The notes beneath the pieces were generated by a model that worked only from the letters and a program-made list of their open reading frames with translations, was not told where the DNA came from and made no database searches. A stretch of DNA of 64,000 bases from Gemmatimonadales bacterium (GTDB lineage Bacteria; Gemmatimonadota; Gemmatimonadetes; Gemmatimonadales; GWC2-71-9). The position numbers were made by a program, and so were the translations under genes. The DNA lies in assembly GCA_036555485.1 (NCBI GenBank), contig DATBLG010000127.1, positions 11,152-75,151 on the forward strand. The letters are read 5' to 3'. Below are positions 1 through 8,908 of the stretch, piece after piece (positions within the stretch are counted from its first letter, which is position 1; each line of letters opens with the position of its first letter).

Positions 1-112
1 GGGGCGTCGGGTCCCTCGGGCATGTTCGAGCCGCCGCCGCGGCGCGGCTGGCGGGCGTGATCGTCGGGCGGGCCTTGCACGAAGGACGGTTCTCCATCGA
101 GGAGGCGCTGGC

Positions 113-1867
113 ATGCTTGGCCGCCTGACCCTTGGGTTCGCGTTGCTCCGGGCCCTTGGTATCGGCGCGCTGCTGGTGCTGCTCCTCAACCCGACCCGTT
201 CCCGTCCAACCGGGACGACTACGCCGCCGCTTGTGCTGCTGGACGCCTCCCTCAGCATGCGTGGGACGAATGGACCATGGCAGGCTGCGCTGGACAGCGC
301 CCGCCGCCTCGCCGGCACGGGCGGAGGCGTGATCTGGCGCTTCGGCGACGCGGTCACGGCGTTCGACACTGGCCCACCGGCGGCGGGCGCCAGTCGTCTG
401 ACGCCCGCGCTTGCCGCCGCGGGGGCCCGTGGCGGCCCCGTGGTCGTGGTGACCGACGGCGCGATCGCCGACACGGTGGAGCTGCCGGCCGACCTGCGGC
501 GCCGCCCGCGCATCGTCGTGTTGCCGCGCGCACCGTTCTTCGACGCGTTCGTCGCCGCCGTAGACGCCCCGCGCCACGTGAGCGCCGCCGACTCGATCCG
601 GCTGCGCATCGCCTATGGCACCGCCGGCGTCCGCGCGACGGTCGGGACGCACGCCGCAACGCTCACCGTTTCCTCCGGGGGACGACGGCTCGTCGCGCGC
701 GACGTGTCGCTCCCGGACAGCGGAGCGTTGACCACTGAGCTGACGTTTCCCGCGGCGCGCCTCCCCACCGGCTGGTCCGCGATCGACGTGCGTCTCGAAA
801 GCGCGGGCGACGCCGAGCCGCGTGACGACACACGCCGCATCGCCATTGACGTGAGCCCGCAACCGAGCGTGGTGGTGCTGGGCGCCCCGCCCGACTGGGA
901 ATCACGCTTCTTCGCGAAGACCATCGCCGATGTGGCGCATGTTCCGGTCAAAGTGTTCGTCGAAACCGAGCCAGGACGTTGGCGAGACGGTGCGACGCTT
1001 GCCCCCGTCGCGGCGGATGCCGTCGCGCGCGCGGCTGCCGGCGCGCGAATGCTGGCGCTGTTCGGGGAGCCACGGCGCTTTGCGACGTACCGGCGACGCG
1101 CGGGCCTCGTCGTATGGCCGCTGGCCGCCGAGCGCGGAGGGGATTGGTACCTCGATCCTCCGCCCGCATCGCCGCTCGCGGGCGCCCTCGCCGGCATCGC
1201 GTGGGACTCGCTTCCCCCCGCCGCTGCGCTCTTGGACCTGCCGACCGACTCGGGGGCGATGGTGCTGCTCACTGCCCGACTCGCTCGGCGCGGCTCCCCG
1301 CGACCGCTCGCCGTGTTGCACGATTCGGCCGGAATCCGACAGGTATCGGTCGCCGGAGCCGGGCTATGGCGATGGGGGTTCCGCGGCGGTGCGCCGGGGG
1401 AAGCCTACCGCGCCTTCGTCGCCGCCATCACCGACTGGCTGCTCGGGACAAGCGCCTCAGGTGCCGGACGCGTCGAGCCGCTGACGACCGAAACGGAGAA
1501 CGGAACCCCGCTGCTGTGGCGCTGGGTCGGTCGCGACGCCCCTGGGTCGCTCCCGATTGTGCTCGAATCGCCCGGTGGCGTGCTCCGTGACACCTTGCGC
1601 TTTGATGCTCAAGGTCAAGCGGTGCTCCACCTGCCGCCCGACGTCTATCGTTGGCGGTTGCCCGATGGCCTGGAGCGCGGTCTCGTGATTGTGGAGGAAT
1701 ACTCGGACGAATGGCGCCCAGGTGCCGTGACGGTCGCCTCCCAGGACGGGGATGCCGACGCCGGCCGGGTCGCCGTCGCGGCGCGGGACCGGTGGTGGTG
1801 GTTTGCGCTCGCGATCGCGGCGTTCGCGGGAGAATGGGCGTGGCGCCGACGCCAGGGGCTGCCCTGA
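113..1867 (+). CDS. Membrane-anchored hypothetical protein with vWA-like (DxSxS) motif
   Basis: ATG at 113 lies 7 nt after GGAGG (101-105). It has an N-terminal TM helix, a DASLS motif (DxSxS, MIDAS-like) directly after it, and a C-terminal TM helix (WWWFALAIAAFAG). Its stop overlaps the ftsY start (ATGA). The family is not recognised beyond this hint. Confidence 0.6.
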   Translation: MLGRLTLGFALLRALGIGALLVLLLNPTRSRPTGTTTPPLVLLDASLSMRGTNGPWQAALDSARRLAGTGGGVIWRFGDAVTAFDTGPPAAGASRLTPALAAAGARGGPVVVVTDGAIADTVELPADLRRRPRIVVLPRAPFFDAFVAAVDAPRHVSAADSIRLRIAYGTAGVRATVGTHAATLTVSSGGRRLVARDVSLPDSGALTTELTFPAARLPTGWSAIDVRLESAGDAEPRDDTRRIAIDVSPQPSVVVLGAPPDWESRFFAKTIADVAHVPVKVFVETEPGRWRDGATLAPVAADAVARAAAGARMLALFGEPRRFATYRRRAGLVVWPLAAERGGDWYLDPPPASPLAGALAGIAWDSLPPAAALLDLPTDSGAMVLLTARLARRGSPRPLAVLHDSAGIRQVSVAGAGLWRWGFRGGAPGEAYRAFVAAITDWLLGTSASGAGRVEPLTTETENGTPLLWRWVGRDAPGSLPIVLESPGGVLRDTLRFDAQGQAVLHLPPDVYRWRLPDGLERGLVIVEEYSDEWRPGAVTVASQDGDADAGRVAVAARDRWWWFALAIAAFAGEWAWRRRQGLP

Positions 1868-2724
1868 TGGGTCTGTGGCAGCGGCTCGCCCGCGCGTTCG
1901 GAAAGGGGACGAACGAGCAGGCGGCGCTCGAGGAGGCAGAGCGGGTCCTCCTGGAGGCGGATTTCGGTGTCGAGGCGACCCAGGCATTGATCGAAGGGTT
2001 GCGCGGGGCAGCGCCAGCAGAACGCCAGGGCTATCTCGAGCGCGCCACGGCCGAGCTGCTCGCGGGCCCGGCCGATCCCGGATCGCTCGCGCGTGCCGAC
2101 ACGCCGCCGACCGTGATCCTGGTGTACGGCGTGAACGGCGTCGGCAAAACAACGTTCGTGGCCAAGTTGGCGCACCGTCTGGGCGGGGAGGGCCGGCGCG
2201 TACTGCTCGCTGCCGCCGACACGTTTCGGGCCGGTGCGGCGACCCAACTCCGGATCTGGGCCGAACGACTCGGCGTGCCGTGCGTGGGGGCGCCGGCAGA
2301 CGGGCGGGGCGATCCCGCGGCGGTGGCGTTCGATGCGATCGACGCGGCTGGCTCGCGTGACTGCGACACGGTCATCGTCGACACCGCCGGCCGTCTCCAC
2401 ACCGAGCCCCGGCTGCTCGAGGAGCTGAAAAAGGTGGCGCGCGTCGTGGCGAAACGACGCCCGGGAGCGCCGCACGAGTCGCTGCTGGTGCTCGACGGGA
2501 CCGTCGGGCAGAACGCGGTGCAGCAGGCGCGAGACTTCACCGCGGCGGTGCCGCTCACTGGGCTGGTTGTGACCAAGCTCGATGGCACCGCCCGCGGCGG
2601 GGCCGTGGTGGCGGTGCGGCGCGCGGTGCCGGTCCCGATCCGGTTCGTGGGGACGGGGGAGGGGCTCGACGACTTGGAGGCGTTCGACGCCGCCGCCTAC
2701 GCGCGGCGGCTGGTGAGCGGCTAA
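1867..2724 (+). CDS. ftsY: Signal recognition particle receptor FtsY
   Basis: SRP-GTPase motifs GVNGVGKTT, DTAGR and TKLDGTA are present. I trimmed the track ORF (1651..) to the in-frame ATG at 1867, which overlaps the upstream TGA. The upstream extension looks non-coding (Arg/Gly junk). Confidence 0.9.
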   Translation: MGLWQRLARAFGKGTNEQAALEEAERVLLEADFGVEATQALIEGLRGAAPAERQGYLERATAELLAGPADPGSLARADTPPTVILVYGVNGVGKTTFVAKLAHRLGGEGRRVLLAAADTFRAGAATQLRIWAERLGVPCVGAPADGRGDPAAVAFDAIDAAGSRDCDTVIVDTAGRLHTEPRLLEELKKVARVVAKRRPGAPHESLLVLDGTVGQNAVQQARDFTAAVPLTGLVVTKLDGTARGGAVVAVRRAVPVPIRFVGTGEGLDDLEAFDAAAYARRLVSG

Positions 2725-4787
2725 TGCCGCTCGAGCTCGGCGCCTCGGTCAAATTCCTGAAGGGCGTTGGGCCCAAGCGCGCCGAAGCGTTGGGGCGGAT
2801 CGGCGTCCGCACCATGGGCGATCTGCTGTACCATGCACCCCACCGTTACCTCGACGCCACGACGCTCACGCCGTTCGCCCAGGCCCGCGTCGGAGAAGAG
2901 CTCACCGGCGTCGGACGGGTCCTCTCCACGGGAATCCTGCCCACCCGGCGAGGCCTGCGGGTGTTTCGCGCGCTGCTCCGGGACGACTCCGGTGTCCTGG
3001 AGTGTGCCTGGCCGGGGCAGCCGTTCCTCGAACGCCAGATCGTCAAAGGGCAGCTGCTGCTGGTCACCGGCCCGGTGCGCTACTACCACGGGCGCCAGCT
3101 CGTGCCGCGCGAATTCCTGATCCTCGCCGACGACGGCGAAGCGGGACCGGATCGCGGCTTCATCCTCCCGGTCTATCCCGCCACTGAGGGGTTGTCGCAC
3201 AAGCAGATTCGGGCGCTGGTCCAGCAGCACCTCGACGCATTGTTGCCGTTGGTCGTCGATCCGCACCCGGAGGCGCTGCGGACCGCCGCCGGGGTGACGG
3301 AGTTGCGTACGGCGCTTTCGGCCGTGCACCGGCCCGGTTCGCTGGAGGAAGCCGAGGCTGGGCGACGCCGGCTCGCGTTCGACGAGTTCTTTGATCAGCA
3401 GCTGGTGCAGGCCAGGGCGCGCTTCCTCGCCAAGCGGGCGCGCGGCGGGATCCGATTCGCGCCCCAGCGCGATCTGACGACCGGACTGAAGGACCACTTG
3501 CCGTTCGCGCTCACCGAGGACCAGCGCCGGGCGGTCCGCGAAATCACCGCGGACATGGCGTCGCCGGAGCGCATGCACCGGTTGCTGATGGGAGACGTCG
3601 GCACGGGCAAGACCGTCGTGGCCGTGTTCGCGATGTTGCTCGCGGTGGAGAACGACTACCAGGCGGCGATGATGGCGCCCACCGAGTTGCTCGCCGAGCA
3701 GCACGCCGCGACCCTCACCGCGCTGCTCGCACCGCTCGGGATCCGGCCCGAGCTGTTGGTGGGCCGGGGGGCCAGCGTGGTGAAGGCCGCGGCACGAGAG
3801 CGCATCGCGTCCGGGGCCGCGCGTGTCGTCGTGGGCACGCACGCCCTGATCCAGGAGTCGGTCCGCTTTCACCGCCTGGGACTCGCTGTGATCGACGAGC
3901 AGCACCGATTTGGAGTAGAACAGCGGGCGGCCCTGGCGGGAAAAGGCGACGCGCCGGACGTCCTGCTGCTCACGGCGACGCCGATCCCGCGTTCTCTTGC
4001 CCTGACGTTCTACGGCGATCTGGACGTGACGACGCTGGTAGAGCGTCCCCCGGGGCGGGGGATGGTCAAGACCGCGCTGCGCACCGACGCCGCGCGCGCG
4101 AAGATCTACGAGTTCATCCGCAGCGAATGCTCCGCGGGGCGCCAAGCATACGTGTTGTACCCGGTGATCGAAGAGTCCGAAAAGGCCGACCTCAAAGCTG
4201 CGACGACAATGGCGCAGCGGCTCGGCAAAGTGTTCAAGGAATTCCGCGTTGGCCTAGTGCACGGCCGGATCCGCGCAGAAGCACGCGACGAGGTCATGCG
4301 GGCATTCCGCGACAACGCGGTGCAGATCCTCGTGGCGACGAGCGTGATTGAAGTCGGGATCGACGTCGCGAACGCCACGGTGATGCTGATTGAGCATGCG
4401 GAGCGATTCGGTCTCGCTCAGCTACACCAGTTGCGTGGGCGCGTCGGTCGCGGCAGCGCGGCCAGCCACTGTATTCTGCTGTCGAACGTCGCCGAGGCGG
4501 CGTCGCGGCTGCAGGCGTTCACCGAGACGACCGACGGGTTCAGGATCGCGGAGCTCGATCTCCAACAGCGCGGCATGGGCCAGCTCACCGGCGCGCGCCA
4601 ATCGGGCGGTTTGGCGTTGCGCTACGCCAATTTTTCTACCGACCTGCCCCTGCTCGAGGCCGCGCGCCGTGCCGCGAAGCAGATCATCGACCAGGATCCC
4701 GCGCTCGCCGCGCCGAAACACGCCGCCTATCGGGCGAATGTGCTGATGCGCTACGAGCGGGGGTTTGAGTTGTTCCGAGTCGGATAG
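2724..4787 (+). CDS. recG: ATP-dependent DNA helicase RecG
   Basis: 687 aa with Walker A GDVGTGKT, a DEQHRFG box and a typical RecG wedge plus helicase layout. The ATG overlaps the ftsY TAA (TAATG). Confidence 0.92.
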   Translation: MPLELGASVKFLKGVGPKRAEALGRIGVRTMGDLLYHAPHRYLDATTLTPFAQARVGEELTGVGRVLSTGILPTRRGLRVFRALLRDDSGVLECAWPGQPFLERQIVKGQLLLVTGPVRYYHGRQLVPREFLILADDGEAGPDRGFILPVYPATEGLSHKQIRALVQQHLDALLPLVVDPHPEALRTAAGVTELRTALSAVHRPGSLEEAEAGRRRLAFDEFFDQQLVQARARFLAKRARGGIRFAPQRDLTTGLKDHLPFALTEDQRRAVREITADMASPERMHRLLMGDVGTGKTVVAVFAMLLAVENDYQAAMMAPTELLAEQHAATLTALLAPLGIRPELLVGRGASVVKAAARERIASGAARVVVGTHALIQESVRFHRLGLAVIDEQHRFGVEQRAALAGKGDAPDVLLLTATPIPRSLALTFYGDLDVTTLVERPPGRGMVKTALRTDAARAKIYEFIRSECSAGRQAYVLYPVIEESEKADLKAATTMAQRLGKVFKEFRVGLVHGRIRAEARDEVMRAFRDNAVQILVATSVIEVGIDVANATVMLIEHAERFGLAQLHQLRGRVGRGSAASHCILLSNVAEAASRLQAFTETTDGFRIAELDLQQRGMGQLTGARQSGGLALRYANFSTDLPLLEAARRAAKQIIDQDPALAAPKHAAYRANVLMRYERGFELFRVG

Positions 4788-4789
4788 TC

Positions 4790-4871
4790 GTCAGCGGTCA
4801 GTCATCAGTCATCAGTCATCAGTCATCAGTCGTCAGTCATCGGTTGATTGCTGAAAACTGACAACTGAAAA
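4790..4871. repeat. Composite heptamer-array palindromic element, copy A
   Basis: About 8 tandem heptamers (GTCAGCG, GTCAGTC, 4x ATCAGTC, GTCAGTC, ATCGGTT; 4790-4845) are followed by CTGAAAA-CTGACAA-CTGAAAA (4851-4871). The arms pair in 7-nt register as 4-5 bp helices separated by 2x2 mismatches. It fills the whole gap between convergent recG and the 4872..5369 gene. Confidence 0.85.
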
Positions 4872-5369
4872 CTAGAAGCCAAACCGCACGCCCACCCGCG
4901 CGCCGCTGCCTGCCGGCTCCGCCATCACCTCCAGCTCGGTGAACGGAATGTTCGGCGGACTACCGCGTTGGTTGCGTAGATCCAGGATGAACAACGCCGC
5001 GGTCGCGAGCAGCGACACCTGCCCGACGATGAGCCGGCGGCGTGCACGCCGGTCGTAGTACAACGTCTGCTGGTACAGGAGCTCGGCATTGGCGTTCGCG
5101 TACTGCCCGTCCGGGCGCAGCTGGCACGCCGAATTGTCGGTCTGACACAGTGCCCGCAGCTGCTGCCAGTTGTCATTGGCGTGGCGGTGTTCCTTGGCAG
5201 CGAGCACGGTGAGACCCAGAGCCACGGCGGCGGTAGCCCACTTGCCGTAGTGCACGGCTCCGCGAGTCCATGACTGCTGGGGGGCGGGCGCGGAGGGATC
5301 CTGGGCGCCGAGTGGCGGCGCGAGGCCCGCGAGGGCCACGGCGATGATCAGGGGACGGAGCCGAGTCAC
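4872..5369 (-). CDS. Secreted or outer-membrane-associated hypothetical protein
   Basis: GTG start at 5369 overlaps the upstream gene's TGA (GTGA). It has a signal peptide (LIIAVALAGLAPPLGAQD) and a C-terminal VRFGF, as seen in OM proteins. No family recognised. Confidence 0.6.
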   Translation of the reverse strand: MTRLRPLIIAVALAGLAPPLGAQDPSAPAPQQSWTRGAVHYGKWATAAVALGLTVLAAKEHRHANDNWQQLRALCQTDNSACQLRPDGQYANANAELLYQQTLYYDRRARRRLIVGQVSLLATAALFILDLRNQRGSPPNIPFTELEVMAEPAGSGARVGVRFGF

Positions 5370-6439
5370 TGAAATGCCTCCACGGTGCCGTCGCCGGTAA
5401 TCAGAATCAGCTGTCGGTCACGCACCAGCGGCGGCTCCGCGATCGGGCCGCGCCGCTTCGTGCGCCAACGCACCAAATCGCTGGCGGCATCCACGAACAA
5501 CACGTCGCCCGTCACGCTGGCCACCAGCACACCTCCCGCGACCGGCGTGGGGCCCGCGGTGGCAGGTACGCCGAGGGCCACCGAGCGGGCACGGTCGGGA
5601 GCGTCAACGGGTACGCGCCACAGCGTTCCACGAGCACTCAGTGCGTACACGGTGTCCCCGACGAGAGCGAGCGCGCCGAAGACGGCGTCATCCAGCGGGC
5701 GGTCCCATTGGACGGCGAGTGTCGGCAGCTCGAGAGCCACCAGGTGGCCGGCAGTGGTGGCGAGAAACAGGCGGTGCCCATCGACGGCAGGAGTGCCGAG
5801 CACCGCTCCGGGCGTGGCGCGCTGGGCGCGCACCGCCCCGGTCGCGGCGTCGAGCAGATACAGCGAATCGCCGAGCGTGGCCACAACGATTCCCTCCGCC
5901 GTGGACACCGGCGTGGCCCGTGCCCCTCGCTTGAGCGAACGGCGCCAGCGCTGCGCGCCGGTTGCGGCGTCGAGTGCGATGACGTCGCCGGCATCGGTGA
6001 CCGCGAGGACGAGGTCCTCCGTGCGCGCAAGCGGGGCCGTGACGCCGCCGGTACTCGTCCGCCACTGCACCTTGCCGGTGGTGAGGCGCAGCGCGAGGAC
6101 ACGGCCGTCCGGAACGGCCTGGGTGGCTACGTAGAGCAGATTCCCCGCGAGCAGCGGGCCACCGGCTACCGGACCGGAGACGCGTTGGCGCCAGATCTGC
6201 TCGCCGGTGGCGCGGTCCAGCAACACCACGTTGCGGTCGGACGTCCCAACCGCAATGACGCGTGTGCCGATCGCGGGGCTCCCGCGCACCGCCCGTCCCG
6301 CGCTCTTCTGCCAGCGGGTCTGCGGTGCGACGGCGAGCGACTCTCCGGAGACTGCATTGAGAGGTACCTCGTCCCGATCCGGTCCCACGCGCGCCGTGGC
6401 GATGCACGCCGTCGCGTTGACAGTCCACAACACCACCAC
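5366..6439 (-). CDS. PQQ-like beta-propeller repeat protein (BamB/YfgL-like)
   Basis: It carries repeated motifs of the form hydrophobic strand then D-x-x-TG-x-x-x-W (LLDRATGEQIWR, ALDAATGAQRWR, LLDAATGAVRA, and similar). The 482-aa track ORF runs 360 nt into asnS, so I trimmed it to the first in-frame GTG after the asnS start (6439; GTG GTG GTG TTG run). The exact start is uncertain. Confidence 0.7.
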   Translation of the reverse strand: MVVLWTVNATACIATARVGPDRDEVPLNAVSGESLAVAPQTRWQKSAGRAVRGSPAIGTRVIAVGTSDRNVVLLDRATGEQIWRQRVSGPVAGGPLLAGNLLYVATQAVPDGRVLALRLTTGKVQWRTSTGGVTAPLARTEDLVLAVTDAGDVIALDAATGAQRWRRSLKRGARATPVSTAEGIVVATLGDSLYLLDAATGAVRAQRATPGAVLGTPAVDGHRLFLATTAGHLVALELPTLAVQWDRPLDDAVFGALALVGDTVYALSARGTLWRVPVDAPDRARSVALGVPATAGPTPVAGGVLVASVTGDVLFVDAASDLVRWRTKRRGPIAEPPLVRDRQLILITGDGTVEAFQ

Positions 6440-6445
6440 TAGTAT
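6417..6445 (+). promoter_or_regulatory. Sigma-70-type promoter of asnS (TTGACA-17 nt-TAGTAT), predicted near-leaderless transcript
   Basis: TTGACA lies at 6417-6422, followed by a 17-nt spacer and TAGTAT at 6440-6445. The asnS ATG at 6455 is only 9 nt after the -10, and there is no SD in between. Confidence 0.55.
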
Positions 6446-6454
6446 GCCGCGCCT

Positions 6455-7753
6455 ATGTTGAACGCGAATCGCATCGACGGTCTCGCCGCACTCGCCGAGC
6501 AGACGGTGACCGTGCACGGGTGGGTGATGACCACGCGCTCGAGCGGCAAGATCGCGTTCGTCGTACTGCGCGACGGCACAGGGTACCTGCAAGCGGTCTT
6601 CTCCCGGAAGGAAGTCCCTGAAGCGACCTGGGACACCGTCGGCCGTCTCACCCAGGAAACCTCGTGCGCGGTCACCGGGGTGGTGCGGATCGAGCCCCGC
6701 GCCCCCGGCGGGGTGGAGCTCCAGGCTACTGCGCTCCGCAGCATCGGCGCCAGTCAAGACTTCCCGATTACGCCGAAGGAACATGGCACCGCGTTCCTGT
6801 TCGAGCACCGACATCTATGGCTCCGCAGCCGGCGACAGGTGGCGATCGCCCGGGTGCGCCACGAAGTGATCCAGGCGATCCGAGACTTCTTCTACGAGCA
6901 CGGCTTCGTGCTGGTGGATACGCCGATCCTCACCGGCTCGATCGGCGAGCATGCGGGGACCCTGTTTGCCACCGACTATTTCGACCTCGGGAAGGCCTAC
7001 CTCGCCCAGACCGGGCAACTGTACGTCGAAGCGGCCGCCGCGGCGTTGGGCAAAGTCTATTGTTTCGGGCCGACGTTTCGGGCCGAGAAATCGAAGACCC
7101 GCCGCCATCTCACCGAGTTTTGGATGGTCGAGCCCGAGGTGGCCTGGAACGACTCCGACGACAATATGGCACTCCAGGAACAGTTCGTCGCCTCCATCGT
7201 GGGACGTTGCCTGGAGCGACGGCACGCTGAGCTGGTTGAGCTGGAGCGCGACGTGGCTCCGCTCGAGCGGTGTGTCGCACCGTTTCACCGGATTTCCTAC
7301 ACCGACGCCGTGGAAAAGCTCAAGGCGCTCGGGTCGGCGATGCAATGGGGCCAGGACCTCGGTGGAGAGGATGAGACGCTGCTGGCCAAGCAGTACGACC
7401 GGCCGGTGATGGTGTTCAACTACCCCAAGGCGGTGAAGGCCTTCTATATGAAGGAGAACCCCGCCGATCCACGCACCGTGCTGAACAACGACATGCTGGC
7501 CCCCGAAGGGTACGGGGAGATCATCGGCGGCAGCCAGCGCGAGGACGACTATGACAAACTCTTGGCCAGAATCCGGGCAGAAGGGTTGCCGGAGGAGGCC
7601 TACGGGTGGTACCTCGACCTCCGCAAATACGGCAGCTTCGTCCATTCCGGATTCGGGTTGGGAGTGGAGCGGACCGTGGCATGGATCTGTGGGATCCCGC
7701 ACATCCGGGAGGCGATTGCGTTCCCGCGAACGCTGTACAAACTGTGGCCCTGA
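6455..7753 (+). CDS. asnS: Asparagine--tRNA ligase
   Basis: 432 aa. It has an N-terminal OB-fold pattern (VTVHGWVMTTRSSGKIAFVVLRDGTG) and class II core motifs (FRAE, GFGLGVER). Confidence 0.9.
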   Translation: MLNANRIDGLAALAEQTVTVHGWVMTTRSSGKIAFVVLRDGTGYLQAVFSRKEVPEATWDTVGRLTQETSCAVTGVVRIEPRAPGGVELQATALRSIGASQDFPITPKEHGTAFLFEHRHLWLRSRRQVAIARVRHEVIQAIRDFFYEHGFVLVDTPILTGSIGEHAGTLFATDYFDLGKAYLAQTGQLYVEAAAAALGKVYCFGPTFRAEKSKTRRHLTEFWMVEPEVAWNDSDDNMALQEQFVASIVGRCLERRHAELVELERDVAPLERCVAPFHRISYTDAVEKLKALGSAMQWGQDLGGEDETLLAKQYDRPVMVFNYPKAVKAFYMKENPADPRTVLNNDMLAPEGYGEIIGGSQREDDYDKLLARIRAEGLPEEAYGWYLDLRKYGSFVHSGFGLGVERTVAWICGIPHIREAIAFPRTLYKLWP

Positions 7754-7781
7754 CCTGTGCAGGGCCGAGACGGTGTGACCG

Positions 7782-8084
7782 GTGCACGTGATCGTATGGG
7801 AATTCGAGCCCCTGGCTGGGCAGGAACGGGAGTTCGAGCGTATCTACGCGGCGGACGGTGACTGGGCCGCGTTGTTCAAGCGCAGTCCCGAGTTCCACGG
7901 CACCGAGCTGTTGCGGCCGCTGACGGGTCGTCGGTACCTGACGATTGATCGCTGGACGTCGGCCGAGGCGTTTGTCGCGTTTCGTGACCGATGGCAGGCG
8001 GACTACGAAACGCTCGATCGCACATGCGCGCGCCTGACTGCGCACGAGGCGCTGGTGGGACGATTCGAGTCGACCACGGTGTAG
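7782..8084 (+). CDS. Antibiotic-biosynthesis-monooxygenase (ABM)-like small protein
   Basis: 100 aa with a ferredoxin-like ABM pattern (VIVWEF...F...Y.....W...F). GTG start 28 nt after asnS. Confidence 0.55.
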   Translation: MHVIVWEFEPLAGQEREFERIYAADGDWAALFKRSPEFHGTELLRPLTGRRYLTIDRWTSAEAFVAFRDRWQADYETLDRTCARLTAHEALVGRFESTTV

Positions 8085-8100
8085 CCGGCGCTCGCCGGTC

Positions 8101-8862
8101 TCACCCCTTTTCCGACTTCACCTCCTCCCACAGCGTGTCCAGCTCGTCCAGGGTCGCCTGGCCGACCTCCACCCCGCGTTCCCGGGCCATCCGTTCCACT
8201 TCCTCGAAGCGCTGGCGGAATTTTTGGTTTGCCGCCTCGAGCGCCTGGTTGGGATCGACACCGAACTTGCGCGACAGGTTGACCGCGGCAAAGAACAGGT
8301 CGCCGATTTCGACCTGCACGCGCGTGGTCGCGCGGCTTTCCGCCGCCTCCTCGAGCTCGGCCATCTCCTCGCGTACCTTGCCGAGCGGTCCTTTCTCGTC
8401 GGGCCAGTCGAATCCGACTCCGGCTGCTCGTTCCTGCAACCGCAACGCCATCAAGAGCGGCGGGAGATGGGGCGGCACTCCGGCGAACGCGCTGCGGCCG
8501 CTCGATCCGCTGTCGCGTCGCTTGCTGCGCTCCCAGGACTCGGCTGGTGCCGTTCCGTCGCCCATGAGATGCGCGTGGCGGCGGCGCATCTTCTGCTCCA
8601 GGGCGCGCACGACCGCCTCGGCGTCCATCATGCTCCGCTCTTCGGCGAGCACGATCTGGAACGAGAGATGGAGCAGCATGTCGCCCAACTCCTCGCGCAG
8701 CTGCAGTGGATCGCCGCTCGCGATGGCGTGGTCGAGCTCCAGCACTTCTTCCACGAGGTATGGGCGTAGGGTGCTCGCCGTCTGTGCGCCGTTCCAGGGA
8801 GACCGTTTGCGCAGGTCCCGAACGAGCGCCAGCACACGTCCAAGCGCTGAATCGCCTTGCAT
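8101..8862 (-). CDS. mazG: Nucleoside triphosphate pyrophosphohydrolase MazG
   Basis: 253 aa. The tandem MazG-domain signature is present (LVEEVLELDHAI..GD...L.EELGD.LL and EEMAELEEA...E.GDLFF). GGAGG lies 4 nt upstream of the ATG at 8862. Confidence 0.85.
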   Translation of the reverse strand: MQGDSALGRVLALVRDLRKRSPWNGAQTASTLRPYLVEEVLELDHAIASGDPLQLREELGDMLLHLSFQIVLAEERSMMDAEAVVRALEQKMRRRHAHLMGDGTAPAESWERSKRRDSGSSGRSAFAGVPPHLPPLLMALRLQERAAGVGFDWPDEKGPLGKVREEMAELEEAAESRATTRVQVEIGDLFFAAVNLSRKFGVDPNQALEAANQKFRQRFEEVERMARERGVEVGQATLDELDTLWEEVKSEKG

Positions 8863-8908
8863 TTAGCCTCCGGGCCGGGTATGATACCCGCTCGTGTGAA
8901 AGAGTCAA
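8857..8908. promoter_or_regulatory. Bidirectional promoter region between mazG and alr with overlapping -10 elements
   Basis: Plus strand: TTGCAT (8857-8862), 17 nt, TATGAT (8880-8885). Minus strand: TTGACT (rc of 8903-8908), 16 nt, TATCAT (rc of 8881-8886). Both -10 boxes sit in the 13-bp palindrome GGGTATGATACCC (8877-8889). Confidence 0.5.

Noticed and set aside
1-60. A possible 3' end of an upstream gene, with frame 1 open to the TGA at 58-60.
   Set aside because: Only 19 codons are visible and there is no recognisable motif, so this is insufficient to call.
4790-4871. Whether the heptamer arrays could be a CRISPR array or a minisatellite remnant of a mobile element.
   Set aside because: The units are 7 nt with no spacers, no cas genes, and no terminal inverted repeats or transposase nearby. 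The structure is a two-arm hairpin, so I reported it as a repeat element instead.
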